DNA of 64,000 nt, from positions 620,001-684,000 of the forward strand of contig NW_025765336.1 in NCBI RefSeq assembly GCF_003918875.1, given 5' to 3'. The translations under genes and the position numbers were made by a program. Origin of the DNA: Haliotis rubra. Its lineage: Eukaryota. Of the stretch, positions 1 through 12,722 are shown piece after piece. Under the pieces are notes generated by a model. It did no database searches. It had not been told where the DNA came from and saw only the letters and a list, made by a program, of their open reading frames with translations. How positions within the stretch are numbered: the stretch's first letter is position 1; the number at the start of each line of letters is the position of its first letter.

Positions 1-501
1 ATATTCCCTTGACTATGGAATGGATAATATCCAGCATTGAATGAGTTACTGAACTGATGACATGGAAATACACCAAAGGCTTTCGTACCAACGCTTCTGA
101 ATCCCTGTCCATTGTAGTTCCAACCAGAAATACCACATTGTGGTTTCTGGAACTTCTGATGAGGTGTTTTTGGATTCATTTTGCTGACAACTCTATCTGA
201 TAAAAAATCCCCTGTCAAACATTCAAACATGTTTTGAGTACACTCTAAATTACTACTGTTCTTCGAATTTGTCAGATTGTTGGCGCTTGTCAAATTGTTG
301 ACATGAAAAAATCTACTGTTGGTGACCCAGTTCTTCATCTTGAAACTGCTATCGCTTCTCGGTGTAGACGCTAACTGCGTTTTATCTCCAGAAGTGTGGT
401 CGACTGATGAAACCTCGCCTGTACTGTCCAACCTTAAGAAAGGTTTCGCGTTTGACCATGAGACGTGCCCCGGCGCACAAGCGGTGCTGTTTCCCCGCCA
501 T
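1..501 (-). CDS. Unidentified ORF open to the window edge (>=167 codons); possible exon of a neighbouring gene
   Basis: My minus-strand translation from ATG 501 (MAGKQHRLCAGHVSW...YYPFHSQGN) has no stop before position 1. An out-of-frame 116-aa ORF (896-546) lies just upstream. No recognisable domain. Confidence 0.3.
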
Positions 502-2340
502 TTCCGACCATATGTCTGCATAGCAGTAGGCTTTCTATAACTTATTCAGTCGTCAGCCTTCCATTCTGCCGCGTGAGGAATCAAATAAAAAGCGACGGGA
601 GATACAAACATATTTTCATCATCACACACACTAAAATATCCACGAGAACCCATCATATCCTGTTTACACATATTGTCCGTCCCAACACGGAATCGATGAT
701 TGAGATTAGGTGGCTTTGACTGGTAACCGTGTGTTTTCTCTTCAACTGTCTCACATTCAACTTTGTTAAAAGATTTGACTTCGTCTTCTGTCGATTTTCT
801 TCTCAGATCCATTATTTTGTCGGAGCTGTAAACATTAAAATCTTGAACTTTCGTTTGAGTTGTAGAATGAACACATGATTTCAGCTGGTTTCTCATATAC
901 CGATGAGTTGATCACAGAAATCGTAATGCGCCGTAGAAACATAGTTCCGTGTATATAATGTGACAATATATTCATATGTTGGTTTCCTGACGTAATCGTA
1001 TTATGATTGGATCTATGTGACTTCTTTTGAAGAAAATATGTTAGTTATAAAGCATGAAAGGCGTCGTTATCTGAAAATAACCAATGAGCGTAGGGATATT
1101 TGTTACTTCCGCGACCACCTGCAAGGTCAAGGTTGTCGGTAAAATATTGCATCAGATTCTCGGTAATCATTGAGGACGGTATAACTAGACAATACTTTTA
1201 GCTGAAATTGAAAAATGTTCAAACAATATCCAAGAATTTAAATGAGAGGTTTATAACGATTCACAAAATTGATTCAAGGGAGGAAAACACATTTTAAAAT
1301 TAGCTTCTATATTTAGATCAGTCAAAGGTCAACAAGGAAATTTCTCGGTAAGTCCAGATGAATCACGAGGAAGGCAGGACATATAAAGGAACTTTTATCA
1401 TTCTAAATTTAACTTTAAAAGTATAATTTATATTTTTGTGACGCATGTTACAGTGACATTGACTCTTTTTACGCTGGTATGAACTAAAACGTGGGAAATA
1501 CTTAAGACTAGTGGACCGAAACGTGATTATTAACATCTATTTTTAACTTGACAACCAAGTTTGTGGTGTACGTGACATGTCGTCAGTTTCTACGCATCAG
1601 TGTGACGAAATCGAAACCTTTATTAGTCACATATTGGGAAAGACAGACACCAAGTACTTGTACATACGTGATATCAATACATATTTGGAATTCTAGCATG
1701 TATATTTTTACATATCTTCAAAAGAATTGAAATTGCATCGAGGACCATTATATCAAACGTTTCTTAACACCAGAAGATTTGACGAGTTGCCTATTTAAAC
1801 AACTATTCTTCGAAAGCATGGAGTTGATATATCTTGTATTTGTAAATTTGTCTGCCTGACATATGCTACATTAAGAAGCATTTATAGACCTGTTCACAGC
1901 TATGAAATCCACGAAATTGGAAGTAATGTTAGTGTAATAATTTCTTTATTTCTTACTATTTTTATACCCTATTGACCCTGGTTTAGCAAAATGCACTATT
2001 CACGATTGTCACATGACGTAAACAAATCCTTAGCTACGAAATTGTTTTCAGTGTGACGTCATTCCGACCCTATGTCACAATAAGATTTAAATGACGTAAA
2101 CAATACTCTGGACCATCTCCCATATCATTATTCTCCCGTGGAAGATACTGCAGTGTATTTTACGGCAATATTACACTAATGTAATACCGATAGACCTATG
2201 GCGTCATAATGGTTTACAGATATGACGTCATAATGCTAATACCTCTGTCACAATGGTATTAGACCTTGCTTGACTCGCGGAAAGCTGAGAGTAATCACAC
2301 TGTAGGCAGTTTCTATCAATTTATGTTTGAGAGTTATTAC

Positions 2341-2477
2341 AGAATACTAAACTCGCTTCCGTGAAATACCATTTTTATCAAACTCGTGAAAGATTTAGCT
2401 TTTCGCTCGTTTGATACCAAATTATAAACTCGTTTGATAAAAATGGTATTACACGGAAGGTCGTTTAGTATCCTCTA
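2341..2477. repeat. Foldback inverted repeat at the end of a TGACGTCA-rich segment (possible non-autonomous Crypton-like or MITE remnant)
   Basis: atactaaac..cttccgtg.aataccatttttatcaaac pairs with gtttgataaaaatggtatt.cacggaag..gtttagtat. Several TGACGT(C/A)A motifs lie at 2013-2232. Confidence 0.5.
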
Positions 2478-2559
2478 TCCACTGCACTTATGATTTTTCT
2501 AACCTTTCTAGGTAATAAATGAGATTGGTTGGTTGGTTGGCTCAATGTTTAATCGAGTT

Positions 2560-2892
2560 TGGACCAGGCAATCCAGTGATCAACATCATGAGCTTTGATC
2601 TATGACAACCCAGTCAGCGAGCCTGACCATCCGATGCCATTAGTCGCCTCCTACGACAAGCATGGGTTACTGAAGACCATTTCTAACCAGGATCGTCATG
2701 GTGGGGACAAGCATGGGTTGTTGAAGACAATTCTAACAGGATCGTCATGGTGGGGACAAGCATGGGTTGTTGAAGACAATTCTAACCAGGATCGTCATGG
2801 AGGGGACAAGCATGGGTTGTTGAAGACAATTCTAACCAGGATCGTCATGGTGGGGACAAGCATGGGTTGTTGAAGACAATTCTAACCAGGAT
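2560..2892 (-). mobile_element. SINE family A copy with its ~50-bp 5' end tandemly amplified about 5 times
   Basis: Matches family A (gtcagcgagcctgacc, gtcgcctc.tacgacaagcatggg). The unit gacaagcatgggttgttgaagacaattctaaccaggatcgtcatggtggg repeats over 2656-2892. Confidence 0.8.
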
Positions 2893-4239
2893 CTACATTT
2901 GTATAGTGACTAAGAACTAAACGACGCGACGGAGTTGTATGGAATGCAGCAGGAAGTATAATTAAGGTACAAGGGGCACAGCCCGGGTTGTCTATTCTCA
3001 ACGCTTTTATTGTACGCGTCGTACTTGAAAACGAGACGACATTCAATTCTATAGCAGACAGGTACAATCGTTTAGAATAAACCAATGACCAAATATGACT
3101 GGTATGCAGTAAGAAGCATGATGCATGGGGGAGAGTTCCTGTTACAGGATAGAAAAACATAATACATCACGGAACACCCCACACCGTGGGTGAGGGCAAA
3201 AATGTTTTTCATAATCAGTGGGTTTCTGAGTCCGTCTCACAGTCCCTGGACCACATTATTGTCCCTACAGCCTAGCCCACCCTGCAATGCTAAAGCCCTA
3301 AATGAAGCAAGTCTAGATTTCCCCAATTTTCGTTGAAAGAATTTATTTGTACGCAATATTATCTCACTACAAAATATTTACATTTAAAGTATGCGACATT
3401 TTCCTTAACACTTTGGTTTCCATATTCCGTCAGAAAACTTGCAATATTACGTAAACCCAGAAAATTCACGTGTGAGAATGTCGAAGGTTTCATGTTATGA
3501 TAAAGAGATATGTCAAACATGTTTTATTTACGGAAAAGTAAAAAACATCATCTTCACACACGCATATCAACTTTAGACAGTAAAAATGCACTTGATTGCC
3601 ATATAACAGGTCTCAAGTACATTTGATTTAATACTTTGAAGATGCCCTGAAGTGATGATGCCCTAAAGCGAGTTCACGCGAATATATATAGACAAGAACA
3701 TACCTAGTGCATAACAATGCGTGACATTTAGCAGGTTCACTTATAAGCGTTAAACCTTCTCGTGACGTAGACAGTGTCCCAGTCTTGTATAGACAAGTCC
3801 ACGACCTCTACCTTCCTGTACAGCGTGTTGTGGGTGGCGGACGTGCTCCGGGGTGCGTAGTCAGGCCAAGATAACAAACACGACATGCTTACACAAGCCA
3901 TATCGCATTAAACTGGCGAATTAGCTGTCATGCGCTCTTTACCGAGTAACCATCAAAAGAACTACGTGCTTAAGAGTAAAAGCGGCACCACTATTGATTT
4001 CTGAAGGTATACGTGGGAATCTACATGTCTATGCAGTGCCGACAAGTACCTGAATGTATGCATGTGAACTGATAAGTTCAGTGACTGTTAGTTAATGCAT
4101 TCCTCAAGGTACACCTCATGCATGCTATTAAGTAAGTGTGTATAATTCTTACTACTAGGGAGGGCTACACATTCCTATTTGCTTTCAATCCGCTGTCAAC
4201 TCGAAAACCTGCGAACACATATTGCAAACTAAAAGTCAT

Positions 4240-7200
4240 TCCTCTCCACTCCACTCGACACCCGCCCCACCTCGCCCCTCTCCCTACCTATACCTAGGCC
4301 TCTCCCCCTCTCCTGCTCTTTCCTTTCTGGGTTTCCTCCCTCTTCTCTCCCGCTCCACACCGCCCCCTTTCCCCTCTCTGCTTCTTTCCCTCTAGGTTCC
4401 TCCCCTCTCTGCTCTTTCCCCCTCTAGGTTTCCTTCCTCCCCTCTTCCCCTCTAGGTTCCTTCCTCCCCTCTTTTCCCCTAGGTTCCTCCCCTCTCTGCT
4501 CTTTCCCCCTCTAGGTTCCTCCCCTCTCCGCTCTTTCCCCTCTATAGGTTTCCTCCCCTCTTTCCCCTCTAGGTTTCCCCCTTCTCTTTCCTCTGGTTCC
4601 TCCCCTCTCTGCATTTCCTTTCCCATTCCTCCCCTCCTTCTCTTTTTCCCCTCCATTCCTCCCCTCTCCTTCCCTCCGTTCCTTTCCATTCCTCCCTCTC
4701 CTCTCATTCCTCCCTCCTTTCCTCTCCTCTTTCCCCATTCCTTCCCCCCTTCCTCCCCCCTCTTTCCTCATTCCCCTCCATTCCTCCTTTCCCCCTCCAT
4801 TCCTCCTCCTTCCATTCCTCCCCTCTTTCCATCCCTCCTCCTTTCCTCCTTCCTCCCCATTCCTCCCTCCCTTCCTCCCTCCATTCCTTTCCCCCTCCAT
4901 TCCTCCCCCCCTCCCTCTTTCCCCCCTCTTTCCTCCCCTCCCTCTTTCCCCTCCCCCCCTCTTCCCTCCTGCTCCTTCCTCTGGGTTCCTCCATTCCTCC
5001 CTCCTCTTTCCCTCTGGGGTTCCTCCCTCTTCCTCTTTTCCCCTCTCCTTTCCTCCCCTCCTTTCCTCCCCCTCTTTCCTCCCCTCCCTCTTTTCCCCTC
5101 CTAGGTTCCTCCCCCTCCATTCCTCCCCTCTTTCCTCCCCTCCTTCCTCTTCCCCTCTAGGTTCCTCCCCTCCCTGCTCTTTCCTCCCTTCCTTTCCTCC
5201 CCTCCTCTCCTTCCTTTCCAGGTTCCTCCATTCCTCCCTCCGCTCTTTCCCCTTTAGGTTCCTCCCTCATTCCTCTTTCCACTCCATTCCTCCCCCTCTT
5301 CTCTTTCCCCTCTCTTTCCTCTTTCCTCCCATTCCTCCCTCTTTCCTCCTTTCCTCCCTCCTTTCTTTCCCTCTTTCCATTCCCTCCCTCCTTTCCCCTC
5401 CATTCCTCTCCTCTTTCTTTCCTCTTTCCTCCCTTTCCTCCTTTCTTTCCATTCCTCCTCCTCTTCCTCCTCCCCTCCTTTCCCCTCCTGGGTCCCCCTC
5501 CTTCCCCTCTCCGTTTCCCTCCTCCACTCTTTCCCCTCCATTCCTCCCCCTCCCTCCTTTTCCCCTCTTTCCTCCCTCTTTCCTCCACTTTCCCCCTTTG
5601 GGTTCCTCCCCTCTTTTCTTTCCTTTCCTCCTCTTTTCCCTCTGGGTTCCTCCTCTCTCCCTCCCTCCTCTTTCCTTTCCTCACTCTTTCCCCTCTAGGG
5701 TTCCTCCCCTCCTCCCTCTTTCCCCCTCCGTTCCTCCCCTCTTTCCTCTTTCCCCTCTAGGTTCCTCCCCTCCTTCTCCTTTTCCCTCCTAGGTTCCTCC
5801 CCTCCGTTTCCTCTTTCTTCCTCTAGGTTCCTCCCCTCTCTCCTCTTTCCCTCTGGGTTCCTCCTCTCTTCCTCTTTCCCCTCTGGGTTCCTCCCCTCCT
5901 CCATTCTTTCCTCTAGGTTCCTCCCCCCGTTTCCTCCCTCCCCCTCTGGGTTCCTCCCTCCTCCATTCCTCTCCTGCTCTTTCCCTCCTAGGTTCCTCCC
6001 CTCTCTCTCTTTTCCCCTCTAGTTCCTCCCCTCTCTTTTCTTTTCCCCCTCCTGGGTTCCCTCCCTCCTCTCTTTCTTTTCCCCCCTGGGTTTCCTCCTT
6101 TTCCTTCCTTTCCTCCCTCTTTCCTCTTTCCTCCCCATTCCTCCCCCCTTCCTCCGTTCCTCCCACTCTTTCCCCCCTCCGTTCCATTCCTCCTCTTCCT
6201 CCATTCCTCCCACTCCTTCCTCTTCCCCCTCTTTCCATTCCTCCCCTCTTTCCTCTTTCCCCCCCTTCCTCCCCTCTTTCCCCCCTGTTTCCTCCCCTCC
6301 TTTCCTCCATTCCTCCCTCTCTCCTCTCCTCTTCCTCCCCTCTTTCCATTCCTCCCCTATTCTCTTTCCTCCCTCATTCCTCCCTTCCATTCCTCCCCTT
6401 TCCTCCCTCTCTCTTTCCCATTCCTGTTTCCTCCCTCTTTCTCTTTCCTCCCTTCCTCCCTCCTTTCCCCTCCGTTCCTCCCTCTCCTCTTTTCCTCCCC
6501 CCCTCTTCCCTCCTTTCCTCCCTCTTTCCATTCCTCCTCCTCTTTCCTCCATTTCCTCCCCTCCCTCCATTCCTCCCTTTCCATTCCTCCCTCTGTTCCT
6601 TCCATTCCTCCCTCTTTTTCCTCCATTCCTCTTTCCTCCTCCTCCTCTTCCCCTCCGTTCCTCCCTCTTTCCTCCTTCCTTTCCTTCTTTCCTCCCTCCA
6701 CTTTTCCTCCTCCATTCCTCCCCTTCCACTCTTTCCCTCCCTTCCACTCCTCCCTCCTTCCTCTTTCCTCCTCCTTTCCTCTTTCCTCCCTCCTCCTTTC
6801 CCCTGGTTTCCTCCTCCATTCCTCTTTCCTCCCTCTTCCACTCTTTCCATTCCTCTCTTTCCTCCCTCCTTCTTTCCCCTCTTTCCTCCCTCCATTCCTC
6901 CTCTTTCCATTCCTTCCCTCTTTCCTCCTTTCCTCTCTTTCCTTTCCCTCTCCATTCCTCCTTTCCTCCTCTGTTCCTCTCCCTCTTTCCTTCCTCTCCA
7001 TTCCTCCACTCCTTCCCTCCCATTTTCCCCTCTCCATTCCTCTCCTCCCTCCTCTCCATTCCTTCCCTCTTCCTCTGGGTTCCTCCTCCTTCCTCTGACT
7101 TCCTCTTTCCCTCTCGTTCCTCTCCTCCACTCTTTCCTCCTCTGGGGTTCCTCCACTCTCCACTCCTCCTTTCCTCCTCCTCTTTCCTTCCTCCTCTTTC

Positions 7201-8130
7201 CCTCCTCTTTCCTCCTCTTCGTTCCTCTTTCCTCTTTCCTCCCTCTCTCTCCTCCTCCTTCTCTTCCGTTTCCTCCTCTCTTCTCTTTCCCCTTGGGTTC
7301 CTCCCCTCTTTCCTCTTTCCTCTTTCCCTCCTGTTTCCTCCCTCTCTCCTTCCCCCCTCCTCTCCTCCTCTCTTTCCCTCCTCGTTTCCTCTCCTCCACT
7401 TTCTTCCTCCTCTTTCCTCCCCTCTCTCTTTCTCCCCTCCTTTCCTCCTCCTCTCTTTTCCTCCTTTCCTCTCCTCCTCTGCTCTTTCCCTCTTTCCTCC
7501 TCTGTTCCTCCTTCCTCTTTCTTCCTCCACTCTCTTTCCTCCTAGGTTCCTCTTTCCTCCTCCTCTTTCCTCCTATAGGTTTCCTCCCTCCTCTCCTCCG
7601 TTCCTCCCTCTTTCCTTCCTCCACTCTTTCCTTCACTCCCCTCTTTCCTCTCCGTTCCTCCCTCCTCCCTCCTTTCCTCCCTCTTTCCTTCCTCCCTCTC
7701 TCTCCTCTTCCTCCTTCCTCCGTTCCTCCCTCTTTCCTTTCCTCTGTGTTCCTCCTTTCCTCCTCTCTTCCTCCTTCCCCTCCTCCCTCCCTCCGTTCCT
7801 CCTTTCTTTCCTCCGTTCCTCTCTCCTCTTTCCCCTCCGTTCCTCCCCTCGTTTCCTCCTCCCTCCTTTCCTCCCTTTTCCTCCTCTCCTGTTTCCTCCC
7901 TCTCCTCCTCTTTCCCTCCTAGGTTCCTCCTCCTCTTTCCTGCTCTTTCCTCCCTCCTCTAGGTTCCTCCTCTGTTCCTTTCCTCTTTCCCTCGTTTCCT
8001 CCTCTCTCCTCTTTCCTCTTTCCTCCTGTTTCCTCCGTTCTCTCCTCTTTCCTCTGGTTTTCCTTTCCTTTCCTCCTCTTTCCGTTCCTCCTTCTCTCCT
8101 TTCCTCCGTTCCTTCCTCTTTTCCCCTCTA
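4240..8130. repeat. ~3.9-kb polypyrimidine/polypurine low-complexity tract
   Basis: The + strand is almost entirely C/T, with recurring ctaggttcctcccct and ccattcctc motifs. Confidence 0.95.
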
Positions 8131-8269
8131 ACATGTCTTTCGTCACCCTGAGCTGATAATAACTGTGGACATAGGCGTGTCTGAGTGCAAGCAAACTTGT
8201 TGGGAGTTCCTTCTTATAGCGCTCAATGAATATGGTTTTACACCACTTCTAGCAATATCACAAACATCG

Positions 8270-8640
8270 GAGTGAGTGAGTTGGGTTTTACGCCGCTCTT
8301 GACAATAGTCTAGCAATATCGTGGCTGGTGACACCAGAAATGAGCTTCACAAATAGCACCTGTGTGGGGAATCGAGCCCGGGTCTTCGGTGTGGCGAGCG
8401 AACGCTTTAACCACTAGGCTACCCCACCACCTCTACAAATTGAGAAATACCAAACCTACCAGACCGACGGGACCGATCTTGGGAACGAACCCGAGCCTTC
8501 GGCATGACGAGTGAACGCTTTAATCACTGGGCTACCCTACCTCCCCGACAACATTAGAAATGGGCTTCACCGATTACACCCCTTTATAGAATAGAACCCG
8601 GGGCATCGGCGTGACGAGCAAAAGCTTTAACCACTAGGGT
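8270..8640 (-). mobile_element. tRNA-derived SINE family B: one near-full copy (8270-8432) plus two head fragments
   Basis: Reverse complement of the gggtagcctagtggttaaagcgttcgctcg...ggttcgattcccc A/B-box head and of the aatattg..aagagcggcgtaaaac tail. Confidence 0.8.
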
Positions 8641-9024
8641 ACTTCGTCTGTCATTTTGTAACGGCTTCACAAAGCTTCTCTTGACAGTAAATTGTCCAGT
8701 TTATATCTGGTAGAAAACTCCAACTTCGAAACGGTGATAAGTTTTTACGTCGGGTCCAGTGAGGCCAGTTAGCCATCATTTGAACTGAAAAACAAGCGAG
8801 TTGCTATATTTTGATGAGGAGTCCCTACTTTGTGAACAATCTCAAAAGTGCGAAAGCCCTTTTTGTGTTACGAACTACATATTCCCATATACAGTGTATT
8901 TAACTATTGAGACCTTTGAGTGGGATTTAAGACTGAAACAGATCAAAGGGAACATTTGTGGATGTCAACTTATGTACCTTAATATGAGAGAACCACCACG
9001 TTTCGGGGTGCCTCTATACAGTCT

Positions 9025-9225
9025 GTACTAGCCCAGACTTATTATAGCTCATGAGATACCACGCCGCAGTGAAGCATGAATACCCCACTCAGACACACAG
9101 GAGGCAGTCCTTGTTCACGCATTAATGCCAACGCAGGCAGACCAAAAGACCATATTTTAACGTCTTTTTGGTATACGCGGTCGGGGAGACCCGCGACTTT
9201 CCCGCTAGTACCACTACGGAGGCGG
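9025..9225 (-). mobile_element. V-domain-like SINE (family C), partial
   Basis: Similar to 53608-53935. The minus strand reads ataccaaaaagacgttaaaatatggt..ctgcctgcg..gcattaa, resembling the V-SINE domain as I recall it. Confidence 0.6.
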
Positions 9226-9351
9226 TCCATAATCATTGGTAATGGACAAAGAGAGGGCGACTGGTTTGAGTGAGAGGAGGGCTGTAATGGCACTGGTGAT
9301 ATTTTCTTGGTTCGTTGTTTTACACCGCACTCAGCAAAATTCCAGCTAGTA

Positions 9352-9646
9352 CTGTATTTCCTCTTATAAACGCCGGGTGTAAAGCAGCGGTTTAAGAAAT
9401 AAGCGCCGAGCCTCCAATATGCTCCGGGTGTCTAATATGCACCGAGTACTTATTTTTATAAACGTATTCTCCCTTGATCCCAAAATAGGTTTATTAAGGA
9501 ATGGTCCCTAACTTTGACGTAACGCTCACTAACAATTAATTGCTGTACACCCAGTAAGCGCAATAAGCGCCGGGCCTCTAATAAGCGCCGAGTCTGGAGG
9601 TCCGTTCAAAAATTAAGCGTACGGGCGCTTATTAGAGGAAATACGG
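9352..9646. mobile_element. Tc1/mariner (pogo/Tigger-like) MITE nested in a SINE family A copy (9305-9835)
   Basis: TIRs ctgtatttcctcttataaacgcc / ggcgcttattagaggaaatacgg, with TA on both sides. SINE A sequence continues on each side. Confidence 0.8.
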
Positions 9647-9864
9647 TATATGGCGGCGACCTGCAAATAATCGAGTCTAGACCAGGCAATCCAGTGATCA
9701 ACAGCATGAGCATCGATCTACGCAACTGGGATACAGTGACATGTGTCAAAACAGTCAGCGAGCCTGACCTCCCGATTCTGTCACTCGCCGCTTACGACCA
9801 GCATCGGTTGCTGAAGATCAATTATAACCCGGATATTGATTGGTGACATTGACGACATGGGGCG

Positions 9865-10009
9865 AGTATGGTTTTACGCCGCTTTTGGGGGCAATATGAC
9901 AGCAATATCATGGCGGGGGACACCAGAAATAGGCTACAGACATTACCCATGTGGGGAATCGAACCCGGTTCTTCGGCGTGACGAGCGAAGGCTTTAACCA
10001 CCACCGCCC
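9865..10009 (-). mobile_element. tRNA-derived SINE family B
   Basis: Reverse complement of the family B head and tail. Confidence 0.8.
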
Positions 10010-10149
10010 CAGTGATGACACGGAAGCCTGCTCGATGGATAGTGACACAGATAACTAACTCAAGAAGCCCGAAGAAGATCATCGTCCTTAAGCAGATGAA
10101 CGAATTGTTACTTTAGTCGCAGAATTGATGGAGGCAAGGAGGACAAGGA

Positions 10150-10375
10150 ATTGTTTGTTTGTTGTTTAACGCCGTACGCCGCAATATTCCAGCTATATGG
10201 TCTGTAAATAATCAAGTCTGGACCAGATAATCCAGTGACCAACAGCATGAGCATCCATCTGCGCAATTGCGAGACGATGAGATGTGTCAAACAAGTCATC
10301 AAGCCTGACCACCCGAACCCGTTAGTCGCATCTTATGACAAGCATGGGTTGCTGAAGACTAACCCCGATCTTCAC
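10150..10375 (-). mobile_element. SINE family A
   Basis: gcaatattccagctatatgg...gtcgcatcttatgacaagcatggg, with a (ttgt)n tail. Confidence 0.8.
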
Positions 10376-10626
10376 TGGTTAATAAGACCAGGAAAATACA
10401 TTACACAAATTATGTAGAAACGTCTCTGTTATATCAGGAGAAGGACTTTAAATACATAGCGACATATTAGAATATTTAAGAATGTGTGAGTTGGTGAAGC
10501 ATTGGCACGGCAGGTTAGAACCGCCAGGAAGTGTTCTAGCCAGCCGGAGTTCACATTGTATTATGGGCAACTTCTCTGCGTGGACACGCCTGACAATTGC
10601 AAGGTGTCAGACACTCTTATATCCAG

Positions 10627-10805
10627 CATAGGCGGATCCAGAAATTTTCAAGGGGGAGAGGAGGTGGTGGTAGTGGTGTCGAAGGGTGTTGTTTCAGGGA
10701 TTCTGGAAACCCTGAACCCCATCTTGGCTCTGCCATTGCAAAACATTAACTTCAATGTGGCCTTTAGTCAAAAAGGGGTGGTGGTGGTGGTCTCTCTCTC
10801 TCTCT

Positions 10806-10840
<35 letters not shown>

Positions 10841-10851
10841 ATCCGCCACTG
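10627..10851. mobile_element. MITE with CA..GGCGGATCCAG TIRs and an internal (CT)n microsatellite
   Basis: cataggcggatccag ... ctggatccgccactg. A related copy lies at 29938-30062. Confidence 0.7.
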
Positions 10852-11479
10852 AATCCAGAAGGTTTAGTCAGAGGATCCTGGGCGGCAAAGGGACGCAAAT
10901 CTGCACATTAAATGACTGGACATCCAAGTGGGTTAAATCCGTCTTATTACAGTTAATGAGTCAATCAATAATTTTGAAAATCAGGCCTCGGCTGTGAGGC
11001 AGAAGTACCTCAGCACCTGGTGGAAGGGAGATAACCCAATCTCATTCCACACTGTTCATCATTGTTTGATGATTTGTAACTTTCTATGTGAAATGTTATG
11101 TATTGTATCATGCAATCTATATTTTGAAATATATTATGTATTCTGTACAGCTTTACACCAAGAATATTGTACATACTGTTTGTACCCTGGGCCTAAGGCC
11201 CATAATACTGACTAAAATAATTGAATTGAATCAATATTCTTTAACGCTGATTTAGCAATCTTTCAGCTCTTAATCGTGACATCCCAGGTCAGAAGGGGTT
11301 AGGAAGAATAAATGCTCTGTCACTGAACTCTGTAGACAACTGCATGTGTGAAGAAAGTCAGGTTGGTGACTTAAGTCTAGAATGATGCAGCAATTCTGGA
11401 TTGCCTCAAGTGATTGTCTCAGCTTATTAACCGTGGTGGTGTTTGGTCCCGTGCATAGAGCTCAACTCAAAGTTAGATT

Positions 11480-11524
11480 AAGTTCAGCAACGTCGAGCGC
11501 GGAGAGTCCTTGGATGGGTGACCG
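11480..11524 (+). other. 5S rRNA-derived fragment (internal control region part)
   Basis: aagttcagcaacgtcgagcgcggagagtccttggatgggtgaccg resembles the A-box to C-box part of metazoan 5S. The 5S 5' and 3' ends are absent. Confidence 0.55.
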
Positions 11525-11743
11525 TTTATCAGCAATTTTGTACAGAGGAATATTTAAAAATTGTGTATAAACATTATGGGAAGGGAGGGGGCATTGATTT
11601 TGTACATGACATGCAAGGCTTGACTTCTTAGAGTATCTAGGACTTCAGTCCTGCCCTACAACGAAGCACGTGGGGACATGTGCCTTTTCAATCTCTCTTT
11701 ATTCTGGTGTATGTAGGCCATCGGTCCGTAGTACAATATTACT

Positions 11744-12400
11744 TCATACAGCCAACAAACGGCTTGTACGCAGCTCATTCGCATAAAATAGATACATAGC
11801 TAGATTTCGTAGCACAGTGGAATTGTCTACAGACATCAAAGTATTAAATTTGCATAATGATGGATATGTATAATAGTTCACAGGAATATAAGATGTACGC
11901 AGATGATCATAGGCAGAACATATTAGGAGAAAATGATATTCATTTTCAATGTAAGCACCCGAACACATATGACAAAATCTGACATTCCTTGGCTTATTAA
12001 TATATCTACCTGTCTCAATATTTCACTGATGAGAGCTGCAACAAAACTGCGCAAGCGCAATGCGGAATTTTGTCACATTTATACAACTTAAATATGTCTC
12101 AGGGACAAATACATGTTTATACAGTGAATAGGAATAAGTTTTAGAACTAGATGTTAATGATTCATGCCAACACTGTACATACATATTCTGTGCCCTAGTA
12201 GTGAATTCAAAAAGAAATGAGTCTAGATTGTTAATACACTGGGTCTCCCATACATTACCAAATCTCATGCTATTTAATAAAAACACAAGTTTTGAAGCCC
12301 AATTAATTTTACCGTGGGAAACATCTAGCAACATTAAGTTATACATTTTTAGGAAAACGCGATGCCGGCATTTTCAACAACTTATACCAATATTTGACAC
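11744..12400 (-). mobile_element. Decayed LINE 3' ORF2 fragment (C-terminal Cys/His motif)
   Basis: ORFs 12023-12346 and 11744-11968 read FRIALAQFCCSSHQ...C..C...IENEYHFLLICSAY, typical of non-LTR ORF2 C-termini. Internal stops are present. Confidence 0.75.
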
Positions 12401-12529
12401 AGCGTTTGTACGCATAAATACACAGTACTAAGATCCCGTCAGTGACAGTATATACCTTGATGGCAGTTTTTAGCGTCACAAACCCCTGTGTCTTCATGGG
12501 TTTTTGAAGACACGGGGGCTTGTAACGCT

Positions 12530-12722
12530 AAAGAGGCGACTAACGATATCGGGTGGTCAGGCTCGGTGACTTGGATGACACAGTCATGTCATCGTATCCC
12601 AATTGCGTAGATCGATGCTCATGATGTTGATCAAGGGATTGTCTGGTCCAGACTCGATTATTTACAGACAGCCGCCATAGAGCTGGAATATTGCTGAGTG
12701 TTGTGTCAAACAACAAATAAAC
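12530..12722 (+). mobile_element. SINE family A, preceded by a ~62-bp palindrome (12470-12531)
   Basis: aagaggcgactaac...gctggaatattgctgagtg. Upstream hairpin arms tagcgtcacaaacccctgtgtcttca / tgaagacacggggcttgtaacgcta. Confidence 0.75.

Noticed and set aside
4294-7922. Long G/E/R/K-rich ORFs (up to 503 aa)
   Set aside because: Artefacts of a purine-only strand that lacks stop codons; open in all frames.
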